Below are positions 20,244 through 29,983 of a stretch of DNA of 64,000 bases, in pieces. This stretch comes from an uncultured archaeon. Its GTDB lineage: Archaea > Thermoproteota > Bathyarchaeia > Bathyarchaeales > Bathycorpusculaceae. The translations under genes and the position numbers were made by a program. Numbering within the stretch: position 1 is the stretch's first letter; every line of letters begins with the position of its first letter. The stretch is taken from contig CAWENF010000014.1 in assembly GCA_963810275.1 (NCBI GenBank), positions 96,001 to 160,000 on the forward strand. Direction: 5' to 3'. The notes beneath the pieces were generated by a model. It had not been told where the DNA came from, did no database searches, and saw only the letters and a program-made list of their open reading frames with translations.

Positions 20244-21596
20244 TTAGGGTTCCTGTTTCTGCATTTTAGCTATAAAAAAGCCGTTGCAATCGTGCAAGTG
20301 GGGATAGAGGCGGCGGCACTGCGTGTAACCATCTAACCCAGGCAGGCCGAGTTCAGGCGAAATGTCCACTAACTTGAATTCGGGGTGAAACTTGAGGAAC
20401 TGACCGATTACGCCCTCGTTCTCTTCCAATGTGATGCTGCACGTCGAATAAGCCAAATAGCCGCCTACCTTGACTTTTTCGGCGCAATTAAATATCATTT
20501 TCAGCTGGATCTCAGACATGTTTTGGATTGATTTAGTGCTAAGCCGCCACTTGGCAGAGGGCTGCTTGGCAAACACGCCACTACTAGTACAGGGAGGGTC
20601 CAAAACAACAAGGTCTGCCTCACCAATCAAGGGCACAGATACACAAACATCCGCCACCACTGGCTCCGCAATCGAAGCACCCATACGAGCAACCTCTGTT
20701 TGCCAGGTGCAAATGCGTTTGAAACTGAAATCCAAAGACACGATGCTGCCCTGATCGCCCATAAGCTGCGCAAGAAAAGTGGTTTTAGCACCCGGAGCTG
20801 AACAAACATCAAACACCATATCGTCGGGTTGAGGGTTTGCAGCTTGGGCAGCAAAGCAGCTTGCCTTGTCCTGCACGTAAAAAAATCCCGCTTTGAGGCT
20901 GGCGGAGTTGTTTAGCGTTGTTTTAAATTCAATGACTTTGTAAGTGTACCGTAGAGGTTCGACTTTTTCCGTTTGGATGCCTTCGTCTTGGATTTTTTGA
21001 AGGATTTCCTTTTCAGGAGATTTGAGGGTGTTTAGTCGAATGTATGTGGGCGGGGGGTTTAGGCTGCCTTTGAGAAAAGCTTCAGCTTCTCGCCTGCCGA
21101 AGAGTTTTATGAGGTACTCGACAAACCATGTTGGGTGGAAGGTTTCCAGAGCCAGCCGTTCGGTTTCAGACGCCGACTCCAAAAGCGGCGTCAGTTGCCT
21201 GGTCAATAGAAAGCCCAAGTACGGCTCTACTTCACGCATCGACTCCCAACCCAGAATCGAGCGACCCAAACTGGCAATTTGCTCCGCCTCTTTAAGGTTG
21301 ATTTTGCCCCAGTTTTTGGTGATTCTTGTATGGTAAACGTAGAGCCGCAGAAAAGCCTGCAACCCCTGATTCAGTTCGCCGACTTTTTTGGGTTCCAAAA
21401 CGGTGTTAATGAGTTTATCAATGAGATTTTTTCTGCGGGTAGCCTCGACAACCAAGGCATAGGCGTAGCGGATAGCCTGTGGATCGGATATACTGAGCTG
21501 CCGTGTTGTACGTAGCAGTGCTGAGCGTTCGTTAAGACGGCGCATCTCCATCCAACTCAAAGTTTCAATGGCAACTGTCCAGGCATCACGTAGCAT
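20244..21596 (-). CDS. RsmB/NOP2/Sun RNA m5C methyltransferase with N-terminal helical domain
   Basis: VQDKAS, DVCSAPGAKT, LDPPCTSSG, YSTCSI..EENE. Confidence 0.93.
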   Translation of the reverse strand: MLRDAWTVAIETLSWMEMRRLNERSALLRTTRQLSISDPQAIRYAYALVVEATRRKNLIDKLINTVLEPKKVGELNQGLQAFLRLYVYHTRITKNWGKINLKEAEQIASLGRSILGWESMREVEPYLGFLLTRQLTPLLESASETERLALETFHPTWFVEYLIKLFGRREAEAFLKGSLNPPPTYIRLNTLKSPEKEILQKIQDEGIQTEKVEPLRYTYKVIEFKTTLNNSASLKAGFFYVQDKASCFAAQAANPQPDDMVFDVCSAPGAKTTFLAQLMGDQGSIVSLDFSFKRICTWQTEVARMGASIAEPVVADVCVSVPLIGEADLVVLDPPCTSSGVFAKQPSAKWRLSTKSIQNMSEIQLKMIFNCAEKVKVGGYLAYSTCSITLEENEGVIGQFLKFHPEFKLVDISPELGLPGLDGYTQCRRLYPHLHDCNGFFIAKMQKQEP

Positions 21597-22245
21597 TTTT
21601 AATCAACATCCCAAACAACCACATCGCCCTAAATAAGCCTACAATTTCAGGTTTTCTGTTGCTTCGTGAAAGTCTCCGCATAGCTTTATCGTCCTTCAGC
21701 AATTCGTGCTAAATAAAATGTTACGACCCCATCTCACTAAGATGAAAAACGCTACTTCCAGGCAACTCGACGAAACAAGAACCGAGACGAAAAGACAGTA
21801 AAAAAGAAAGAGTTGCAGTGGAGGAGGTTTAGTTTATGATTTGTACAACCTGATTAGGGATGAAAACTTGGTCTGAGCTTATCAGTGGAACGAGGACGAT
21901 AAGCCCTTTGAGTTTGTAGGTTCTTGTGTTGTCGCTGCTTGTTATGAGTTAGGACGGCCCTGCTTACGGGTGCTTACGGGAAGATTTGCAGCTTTGCCGT
22001 GGGGAGTTGTTTTAAAGCACTATGTTAACTCGGTTTATTCAGTCACACGACAATCGGTTTTTTGGCTAATATTGGTTGCCGATTTAGATTACAAGCAAGT
22101 TTGAAGCGTTATATAGCAGAAAAATGGAACATGGAACATATAATACAATTTAGAACGTAAACGCAGACAGGTGTGTGTACATTTGTTTCACACACAACAT
22201 CATATGCAACCATCAACAATTTTTCCTTGTAGAGGTAAGTTGAAG

Positions 22246-22413
22246 TTGAGTCAAGTAGTCAAGCGTCGAGTAAAACCTGGAACTCACGCTGGGCAATACA
22301 TGTGCATGGAGTGCGGCAAAATTTTTGACACCAAAAAAGAAGTCGACACCCACAGACACAAACATCACCCGACAATCTTGCGCAGCCATTTAAGCGGCTT
22401 CTTCACCGAATAA
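22246..22413 (+). CDS. Small C2H2 zinc-finger protein
   Basis: YMCMECGKIFDTKKEVDTHRHKHH. Confidence 0.7.
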   Translation: MSQVVKRRVKPGTHAGQYMCMECGKIFDTKKEVDTHRHKHHPTILRSHLSGFFTE

Positions 22414-22536
22414 ACACGCAATTTTGGGTTTTTCGCGTCGATTATAACCCTGTGGATAACAGGGGTTATTTTGTTTTATAGTCACGAAACGTTTTATTCT
22501 CAACGCGCCATATGAAAGGCACAGGTAAAAAGAGGG

Positions 22537-25293
22537 ATGGCGCGCACACTCCTAGACTGGTGCAGCAGCGAACCAGCTAAACCAACACAAAAAACAAAAA
22601 CCAAAGCGGAAGCGCCGCCCCAACCGTCTCCGCCGCAGGAATTCAAGGCACCTGAAGAGGCGGTGGTTAAGCCAGAAAAGCGGGAACGCCAACCTTATCC
22701 GCCAATCGCCCCCGACAATCTACCTCCATCGTTCTTTGTTTCGGCATCCTACGATGGACGCCAACGCAAAGCCGTGGTGAAACTTTACGAACCCAAATCG
22801 GGCAACATGTATTTCTGGTACGACAACACCGGCCACCTGCCCTATTGCTTGACAAGCATAGTCAAAGAAGATATGGAACGCTTCGAACGCGTCAAGACAC
22901 ACACGGGCTTTGACCACTTCGAGGCTGAACAGCGACTTGATACATTAAACGACTGCCCAGTCGAAGTCACCAAAATCGTCTGCAAAGACCCGCTTGCAAT
23001 AGGCGGCAGACCGTCAGGTACCATCCGAGACATCATCCCCGAAGACTACACGAAGGTGTTTGGAGCCAGAATCCAAGATGTCGGTGCCAAAATCTGGGAG
23101 TCAAAAATCAAGTATTACCAATCATACATTTACGACCGCGGTTTACTGCCGGGTATGGAGTACGAAGTCAAAGACGGAAACCTCGTGCAAGTAACAAACA
23201 ACGCGGCTACAGAGAACCTAACAAAAATCCGCAGCTTATTCGCCGAGTGCACCACTGAGGAGCAAGAGTACGCTGAGATGTGGGCAGAGCTCTTGGAGTA
23301 TCCGGCACCCAAATTCAGAAGGGCGGCCATAGACATCGAAGTGTACTCACCGCTGACAAACCGCATCCCCGACGCCCGTGAAGGCGCATGCCCAGTTATG
23401 GCTTGTTCGGTGTACAGTAGCGACGGCGAACGCAAAGTCCTTGTACTCAAACGAGAAGGCATGGAGCAGGGCGACACAAAGTTAACCGCTGGTTTGGATG
23501 TTGAGTACTGCGACTCCGAATACGACTTAGTCAAAAAGGTCTTTGACATACTCTGGACGTACCCCTTCATTTTGACGTTTAACGGAGACGACTTTGACCT
23601 TCGCTTCCTAGCTCACAGAGCGTACAATTTAGGGTTCACGAGAAAAGACATTCCCATCGACATAGGCAAACGCGTGTGCCTCTTAAAGTACGGCATTCAC
23701 ATTGATTTGTACAAGTTCTTTTTCAACCGTTCAGTGCAGATTTACGCTTACGGCGGGAAGTACAAGGATGTAAGCCTCGAGGACGTAGGCACAGCGCTTA
23801 TCGGCACCCAAAAAATCCACCTTGACAAAGCGTTTGGCGACCTGAACTACAGCGAACTAGCAGCGTACTGTATGCGGGACAGCGAAATCACGTACAAGTT
23901 GACCAGCGCCGGAGACGACTCCGCCATGAAGCTTATGCTGGTTTTGTCACGCATCAGCAGTATGCCCATGGAGGACGTCAGCCGCCAAGGGGTGAGCCGG
24001 TGGATACGCAACTTTATGCACCGTGAGCACCGTAAAAAACACTTTCTTATCCCAAACGCCGAGGATATTCTGACCAAAAAGGGTAAAACCAGCACTACCG
24101 CCGTGATTAAGGGCAAGAAATACAAGGGCGCAATCGTGGTTGAGCCGACACCTGGAGTGCACTTTAATGTAGCGGTTATGGACTTTCCAAGCCTGTACCC
24201 TTCTATTATTAAGGTTTGGAATTTGGGTTACCAGTCTATCTGCTGCAACCATCCTGGCTGCAGAAGCCATGCTATCCCTGATACGCAGCATTGGGTGTGC
24301 ACTGAGCATCGCGCCTTAGAAAGCCTGCTGATCGGTTCTCTGCGGGATTTGCGTGTGAAGTGGTATAAGAGCCGCGCCAAAGACAAGTCGCTGCCACAAG
24401 AACTACGCAGCTGGTATAGCATCGCACAAGGAGCACTTAAAGTCATTTTGAACGCCAGTTACGGCGTTTTCGGAGCAGACAGCTTTGATCTTTATTGCCC
24501 CCCAGTTGCCGAAGCAACCGCAGCCATCGGCAGATACAGTATCACCCAAATCCTTACCCACGCCAGATCTGTGGGCATAGTGGTTTTGTACGGCGACACC
24601 GACAGCTTATTCCTCAAAAACCCCACTAAAGAGCAAATAGAAGACGTAATACACTACACCGAACACGAGCTCGGTATGGGCATCGACATGGAGAAAACCT
24701 ATCGCTACGCTGTGTTTAGCAGCCGCAAAAAGAACTACCTCGGCGTGCTGGAAAACGGTAACGTAGATGTGAAGGGGTTGACGGGTAAAAAGAAGCATAT
24801 ACCGATTTTCATAAAGGACGCTTTTAACCAGATGAAGGAGCGGTTGGCGCAGGTTAAGAACCCTGAGGACTTCGAGAAAGCCCGAAAAGACATCGCCAAC
24901 ATCGTGCGCGAAAGGTACAATGTGCTTAAGCGGCGTGAGTGGAAAGATAACAGTGAATTAGCCTTCCACATGGTGCTAGGCGATGAACTGTCAAGTTACA
25001 CGAAAACTACGCCGCAACATGTTAAAGCCGCCAGAATTTTAGAGAAAAACGGCAGAGAAATCCACGCAGGTGACCAGATTAGTTTCGTAAAAGTAATCAA
25101 GTCGTCTTCACGCAACAGCGCAGCAGAAGAGAATGCTGGCGTTAAACCCGTAGAGTTGGCTTCGAGAAACGAGATTGATGTAGACAAGTATGTTGCTTAT
25201 TTGCAAGCTACGTTTGAGCAGGTGTTGGATGCGTTGAACTTGAGCTTTGAAGAGATTATTGGGTTGACGCGGCTAGCAAGCTTTTTCGCCTAA
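22537..25293 (+). CDS. polB: Family B DNA polymerase (PolB1-like)
   Basis: Exonuclease motifs DIEV and FNGDDFD; polymerase motifs DFPSLYPSII, KVILNASYG, YGDTDS, KKNY. Confidence 0.97.
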   Translation: MARTLLDWCSSEPAKPTQKTKTKAEAPPQPSPPQEFKAPEEAVVKPEKRERQPYPPIAPDNLPPSFFVSASYDGRQRKAVVKLYEPKSGNMYFWYDNTGHLPYCLTSIVKEDMERFERVKTHTGFDHFEAEQRLDTLNDCPVEVTKIVCKDPLAIGGRPSGTIRDIIPEDYTKVFGARIQDVGAKIWESKIKYYQSYIYDRGLLPGMEYEVKDGNLVQVTNNAATENLTKIRSLFAECTTEEQEYAEMWAELLEYPAPKFRRAAIDIEVYSPLTNRIPDAREGACPVMACSVYSSDGERKVLVLKREGMEQGDTKLTAGLDVEYCDSEYDLVKKVFDILWTYPFILTFNGDDFDLRFLAHRAYNLGFTRKDIPIDIGKRVCLLKYGIHIDLYKFFFNRSVQIYAYGGKYKDVSLEDVGTALIGTQKIHLDKAFGDLNYSELAAYCMRDSEITYKLTSAGDDSAMKLMLVLSRISSMPMEDVSRQGVSRWIRNFMHREHRKKHFLIPNAEDILTKKGKTSTTAVIKGKKYKGAIVVEPTPGVHFNVAVMDFPSLYPSIIKVWNLGYQSICCNHPGCRSHAIPDTQHWVCTEHRALESLLIGSLRDLRVKWYKSRAKDKSLPQELRSWYSIAQGALKVILNASYGVFGADSFDLYCPPVAEATAAIGRYSITQILTHARSVGIVVLYGDTDSLFLKNPTKEQIEDVIHYTEHELGMGIDMEKTYRYAVFSSRKKNYLGVLENGNVDVKGLTGKKKHIPIFIKDAFNQMKERLAQVKNPEDFEKARKDIANIVRERYNVLKRREWKDNSELAFHMVLGDELSSYTKTTPQHVKAARILEKNGREIHAGDQISFVKVIKSSSRNSAAEENAGVKPVELASRNEIDVDKYVAYLQATFEQVLDALNLSFEEIIGLTRLASFFA

Positions 25294-25475
25294 ACCAAGG
25301 CGCCTACTTTGCTATCTAAAAGAGCCCGGCGGTTTTGTTTTTTTAACTATTAGTAGTGGCGGTTAGTTTGCTGTGCACTGCTTCTTTCAGCGGGTTATGC
25401 TATGCAACCTGTTTTGGCGTCAGCGTCTATTTTTAGAACTGGTGGTGGAGGTATTACAACCAGCAGCGGGCGCAG

Positions 25476-26254
25476 TCAACGCGAAACGGGTTTATTTCCC
25501 TTTTTAATGATGTTCTTAAAACGGCAGTTGCTGATTGGTTGATGGCTCAATATCGTCCCGTCTTTGATAATGCAGAAGGTGCCGAACGCACAGGGTGACT
25601 TCTGAACTGATTCTGCATCAGTGAAATCCAAGGCTTCATACCCATGTCTTTGGCGGTCTGCATAATGGCATACACGTTTTTAACCGAGTAGGGACATTGC
25701 GGCGAACGAATAATAGTTAAACCCTTCTCGTAACCTGTGATTGGAGCGACCTGGAACTTAGGGTTCTCGGTTTCGGGGCTGAATTTCAGTGCAAGCAACG
25801 CAAAATCAGGTTTAGCTGCTTCCACAACGGAAAAGCCTTTTTTGATAAAAATGTCCTTTTTAGCCATAAACGACCCTTTGCGGGTAACTATTGCGACACC
25901 AACCTTGCCTTGATCTTTGGCTTCAGCTATAACCACATCAAGCATGGCAGAGGCGTGCCCCTTACCCTTAAACTCACCCTTGAAACCGACAAAGATACAG
26001 TGAATAAACATGTAGCCATCCGCTTGCACAGGACGGTAGGCATACTCGCCGGGGATGTACTCGAGCATGCCCTGATAGCCACCTGATTTGGAGATGAGTG
26101 CTTTGATGCGAAGCCCCTTAGGATAGTATTCTTTGAACCAAGTTATTTTGCGCCGCAGTTCCAATTGTTTTTCGAAATCTTTGTAGCCACAGACGCCAAA
26201 ATCAGCGATGGTTTCAGGTGTCAAATCAACTATTGATGTGTCGGGTTGGGGCAA
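25476..26254 (-). CDS. GNAT acetyltransferase with YoaP-like C-terminus (frameshift near 25635)
   Basis: IHCIFVG..KGKGHAS, SPQCPY; the alternative frame continues SPCAFGTFCII...SHQPISN. Confidence 0.75.
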
Positions 26255-26306
26255 AATTAGACCTCAAATGAAGTTACAGTTTACGCAGTTTTAAGTTTTT
26301 GCAACA

Positions 26307-27170
26307 TTAAGACAGCAACTGGACGATGGCACCAAGCAGAGTAAATATAGCGACTATGGCTGCGATTGTGAAGACGACTTGGCGTTCAGTAAGGGGGCGG
26401 TGATAGGTTATGGTGGTGACAAGGCTTTTACGGCTGTCTGAGCAAAGGCGTTTGCCGTCAAATGTTACTGCCGCCTTTTTGTGCACGAAGAACACAGCGA
26501 GTAAGATGATGGATGAGTTGAATATGAAAGGCAAAATCGAGATCAGTAGATTGACCTTCAAATCGGAGATAACGGCAAAGGAAGCCAGTGTCATACCAAA
26601 CGCGAAGGAACCCGTGTTGCCTACAAAGATTTTTCCAGCCAAGTTAAGGTAGGCGAGTACAAGCCAGAGAATTAAGGGACCTACCATGAGATAATAGTTC
26701 GGAGTGAAAGCCATGAGGCCAGCGATTACTATGGCGGGGCATAGGGACTCTAGCCCGTTTAATCCGCCCAGCTGGTTAACTGTGTTGGTGACTATCATGA
26801 CGATTAATGGAATCAAGATGTAGAAGTAGGCAACCCCGAAGTCGATTTGCCCGATAAAAGGAAGAGTGATACTGGTTCTTGCGCCAGTCACCAGCGCATA
26901 GTAAATCAAAGGCAACGCAGCTATGAGCGGCATGAAGGCTTTGTAGCGCCATTTGAGATCTATCCAGTCATCCATCATGCCCATGAAGCCGCCGAAAAGC
27001 ACACATGCTGCCAAGGTGAATGCTGCAGAGACAGGTTGAGGGCTAGCACTTTCTTGCAGGAAATAAACTAAGAAAAGATAGACTGTTGCGAAGAGGACAT
27101 AGAAAACGCCGAAGCCGTTGGGGATTAAGGGTCGACCAACTTTATGCTGGTCGGGAACCTTAGGAAACAC
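26307..27170 (-). CDS. UDP-GlcNAc:dolichyl-phosphate GlcNAc-1-P transferase (GPT/AglH, MraY family)
   Basis: GMMDD, NTVNQLGGLNGLE, IFVGNTGS; directly downstream of aglB. Confidence 0.85.
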   Translation of the reverse strand: MFPKVPDQHKVGRPLIPNGFGVFYVLFATVYLFLVYFLQESASPQPVSAAFTLAACVLFGGFMGMMDDWIDLKWRYKAFMPLIAALPLIYYALVTGARTSITLPFIGQIDFGVAYFYILIPLIVMIVTNTVNQLGGLNGLESLCPAIVIAGLMAFTPNYYLMVGPLILWLVLAYLNLAGKIFVGNTGSFAFGMTLASFAVISDLKVNLLISILPFIFNSSIILLAVFFVHKKAAVTFDGKRLCSDSRKSLVTTITYHRPLTERQVVFTIAAIVAIFTLLGAIVQLLS

Positions 27171-27183
27171 TTTTCGCCGCTTC

Positions 27184-29472
27184 CTATGGAGAGGTTATTC
27201 CGTGGTCTGCGTTGTATTGGTCCCAGTCGATTTCGTAGATTGCAATGATTGGAATCAACCCGCCGTAGGTAAGTGGTCCTACGTTTGTTCCTGCGAAGTA
27301 GGCTTCTTTAAAGTAGGTTGGCGCTGTAGCAAAGTATGAGGGCGTGAGGGTGTAAGTGCCTTGTGCGGTGATTCTGTTACAGTAGGTTACTTCAGCGAAA
27401 CTCATGAGTTCCTCAACCGTGCAGTTTAGGCCGCGTTCGTTCCATTCCCATCGGTTTGTATTAGGATTCGACTCTCCAAACGAGCTTTCGTTAGTCCACA
27501 TTTGAGATTCTGATATGAAGCCGTCTCTGACGAAGCGATCCTTATCTTGGCCTGAAATACGAGCCATCCAAACCCACTTACCCTCGTCACCGAAACCATA
27601 CGGGATGGTGATATACGAGTTTTCGCTGTCAGAGGCTTGACCACCAATACCCAACACCAAGAAGACAGCGATGTATTTAACACGGTCTTCCCCATATGTG
27701 GAGAGCATTTTCATTGTTTGATTCTCGTCGCTCATGAACATGAAACCGATATTGGCGATTTGGGTGCCGTTAACGGTGGTGTTATCCGCTAAGGTGGTTA
27801 CGTTTCCGAGGTCGCTCAGCCAGTTACCATAGTCCCACCACATCACAGCAACATCCGTGGGTTGGGCGTTATCTTTGAACCAGTTGACGGCGTCAAGCCA
27901 AGCTTCCACTGGAGATTTAAGATTTTCGCCGCCGACTGGCAAGCTTGAGGCGCTAATGGCGGTTGGCGTATATGCATTGCTTATCTGCCGGGGGATTCCG
28001 CCTGCCTGAGGCGAAAACGCAAAGTTTGAAATCAAGATTATGAACACGACAAGGATCGCTAAACCGCTATATTCCTTGCTTACGCGTATCATCTTACGTT
28101 TTGACTTAGCCATCGTCTTGGAGGATTCTTTGAGTAACTTGAAGAATGGAGTGAGTACACCCATTATGCCGATGCCTGCAATAATCGCGAATGCCGGTGC
28201 AAAGAGCACCAAGAGACGCACCATTGAGGTTGCGAAATATAACGATGTAGCTGCAAAAAGCAGCAGGAAAATGTTTCTGTTAGTTGGTTTGCGAAGCGTG
28301 AAGTACAAGCCGACTAGGAAGAACAGAATGCTTATACCCATTTCAAGGTAGAGGTTGCCCCAAGCGGAGATTCTCTGTTCAGCTACTGAGTCAACCAACG
28401 GTGAAGAAGCCCGGATGAAGGGGTTAAGTACTGTGATGAATTTGCCTGCGAGGGCTTCAAGGCTTCCTGTCGCCCAGAAAACTGCGAAACCAGCGATGAC
28501 TACTACGGCTGCAATAACGACCATGGCCAACTTGTTCTTTATGGATATATTGTTTCTAAGTAACTCCGCCAGTATGAGGACGACAAACACTGCTGCAACA
28601 GGAAGAATTGCGCCTGAAGTTAAATATTCTAAACCTATGTAGGGCACTTTGGTGCCTATCATAAGCGCTAATCCAAACGTGATGCTGTAGCTGATTAGCA
28701 TCCGCGGAGTATACCGTTTAAGCAGAACCAAAACGAACACGAATAGAGCTGCTAAGCCAATCACATAGTAGGCAGCTCCCCAGCCAGCAATGAAGTATGC
28801 TAAAGATAAACCCGCGAAAAGCGAATACATCAATGATCCCCTAAGGGAGCGGCCGCCGTCCATTGACCTTAGGAAGAAGAATATGAACAGAACTAGCCCC
28901 AACACACCAGGGATTTCTGTGTCGAAGAAGCCAAGGGAGCTTCTCTGCAGAAAGCTTGGTGCAAGAGCAAGGAATAAAGCTGCAAGTAAACCGACTGCGC
29001 GTCCACCTAAGTCTTTACCTATGAGATATAGGACAAAGCAGGCTACAACTGCGATGGCAGCTGGCAAAAGTGCACAGAAAGTCATCAAATCCATATGACC
29101 AAAAACTGAAGCGATGCTGTACAATACAGCGGCTGTCATGGGGAGGGCCGGCAGCGAATTGGACATATCTAGCCCGTTGGGGAACCACTTCATGGTGTCA
29201 ATCCAAGCAGTCGGGTAATAGGGTGAAAGCAGCCCGTTCTGCAGCATATGTTGGGTGATGCTGAACTGGTAGTAGGGGTCAAACTCGTTTAGGTAGGAGG
29301 TTCCAGCTGCGAGATTTTCCCACCGGAGCGGCAAAATTCGAACTGTGAATGCGACAAAGAGAATTAAAACCAAAGCAGTATAAGCGATGATTGTACCGTG
29401 ACTTACCTGTATTCCTAGCCTGTCGAAAACAGATGAGCTTTTGCCAAGCCGTTCTTTTAGTGTTTCCCCCAT
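27184..29472 (-). CDS. aglB: Oligosaccharyltransferase AglB (STT3)
   Basis: EFDPY, GFFDTE, SVAEQ, WWDYG, DNTT, DEGKWVWM (DK motif). Confidence 0.96.
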   Translation of the reverse strand: MGETLKERLGKSSSVFDRLGIQVSHGTIIAYTALVLILFVAFTVRILPLRWENLAAGTSYLNEFDPYYQFSITQHMLQNGLLSPYYPTAWIDTMKWFPNGLDMSNSLPALPMTAAVLYSIASVFGHMDLMTFCALLPAAIAVVACFVLYLIGKDLGGRAVGLLAALFLALAPSFLQRSSLGFFDTEIPGVLGLVLFIFFFLRSMDGGRSLRGSLMYSLFAGLSLAYFIAGWGAAYYVIGLAALFVFVLVLLKRYTPRMLISYSITFGLALMIGTKVPYIGLEYLTSGAILPVAAVFVVLILAELLRNNISIKNKLAMVVIAAVVVIAGFAVFWATGSLEALAGKFITVLNPFIRASSPLVDSVAEQRISAWGNLYLEMGISILFFLVGLYFTLRKPTNRNIFLLLFAATSLYFATSMVRLLVLFAPAFAIIAGIGIMGVLTPFFKLLKESSKTMAKSKRKMIRVSKEYSGLAILVVFIILISNFAFSPQAGGIPRQISNAYTPTAISASSLPVGGENLKSPVEAWLDAVNWFKDNAQPTDVAVMWWDYGNWLSDLGNVTTLADNTTVNGTQIANIGFMFMSDENQTMKMLSTYGEDRVKYIAVFLVLGIGGQASDSENSYITIPYGFGDEGKWVWMARISGQDKDRFVRDGFISESQMWTNESSFGESNPNTNRWEWNERGLNCTVEELMSFAEVTYCNRITAQGTYTLTPSYFATAPTYFKEAYFAGTNVGPLTYGGLIPIIAIYEIDWDQYNADHGITSP

Positions 29473-29676
29473 TTCTTAAGCCATCTCTATGTAATGTGCG
29501 AATTGTACTATTTTACACATTGCAGATTTATTTATGGCTTTCCAACCCATCATGGAGATGACTCAACCTTCTTAGAAGATTAATTAACAGGTTTAAACCA
29601 CACAAACATCAAATCAGAGATTATACCAGGAAAAAGCAGCTGCCCGCAAATTTAAATTAACCTAAACAAAAAGGAA

Positions 29677-29850
29677 TTAACGTCGTTTATTCACAGGCTT
29701 AACGTCAACATTCAGGGGCAACAAAGACAACTTGCGACCGCACTTGGGACATTTCCCGTTGTGTTGCTGAATAATCTCGTCAGGCGGTTTAAGCTCAGCC
29801 CCTTCATACAAAATATGGCTACACCCATGACAGACTACTTTTTGCGGCAT
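29677..29850 (-). CDS. 57-aa zinc-ribbon protein (not in ORF track)
   Basis: MPQKVVCHGCSHILYEGAELKPPDEIIQQHNGKCPKCGRKL...; GGAGG-like RBS upstream. Confidence 0.8.
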   Translation of the reverse strand: MPQKVVCHGCSHILYEGAELKPPDEIIQQHNGKCPKCGRKLSLLPLNVDVKPVNKRR

Positions 29851-29983
29851 ACCCCATTACCTCCCTACATAGGAAGATATGGAATATTTAATGGTTGCTA
29901 AAACAGGCAGCGAAACCAACGGGTTTTGGCGCTAAAACCTTTTTAATTTCCCAAACCCCTGAGTGTGGCTGTGGAGCAAACCG

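Noticed and set aside
21961-21980. Tandem 10-bp duplication TGCTTACGGG x2
   Set aside because: Only two units with no spacers; not CRISPR or an iteron array.
22445-22470. Perfect DnaA-box 9-mer (TGTGGATAA) inside an imperfect hairpin upstream of polB
   Set aside because: Single copy in an archaeal genome, with no dnaA, cdc6 or ORB repeats nearby; more likely a terminator-like hairpin or chance.
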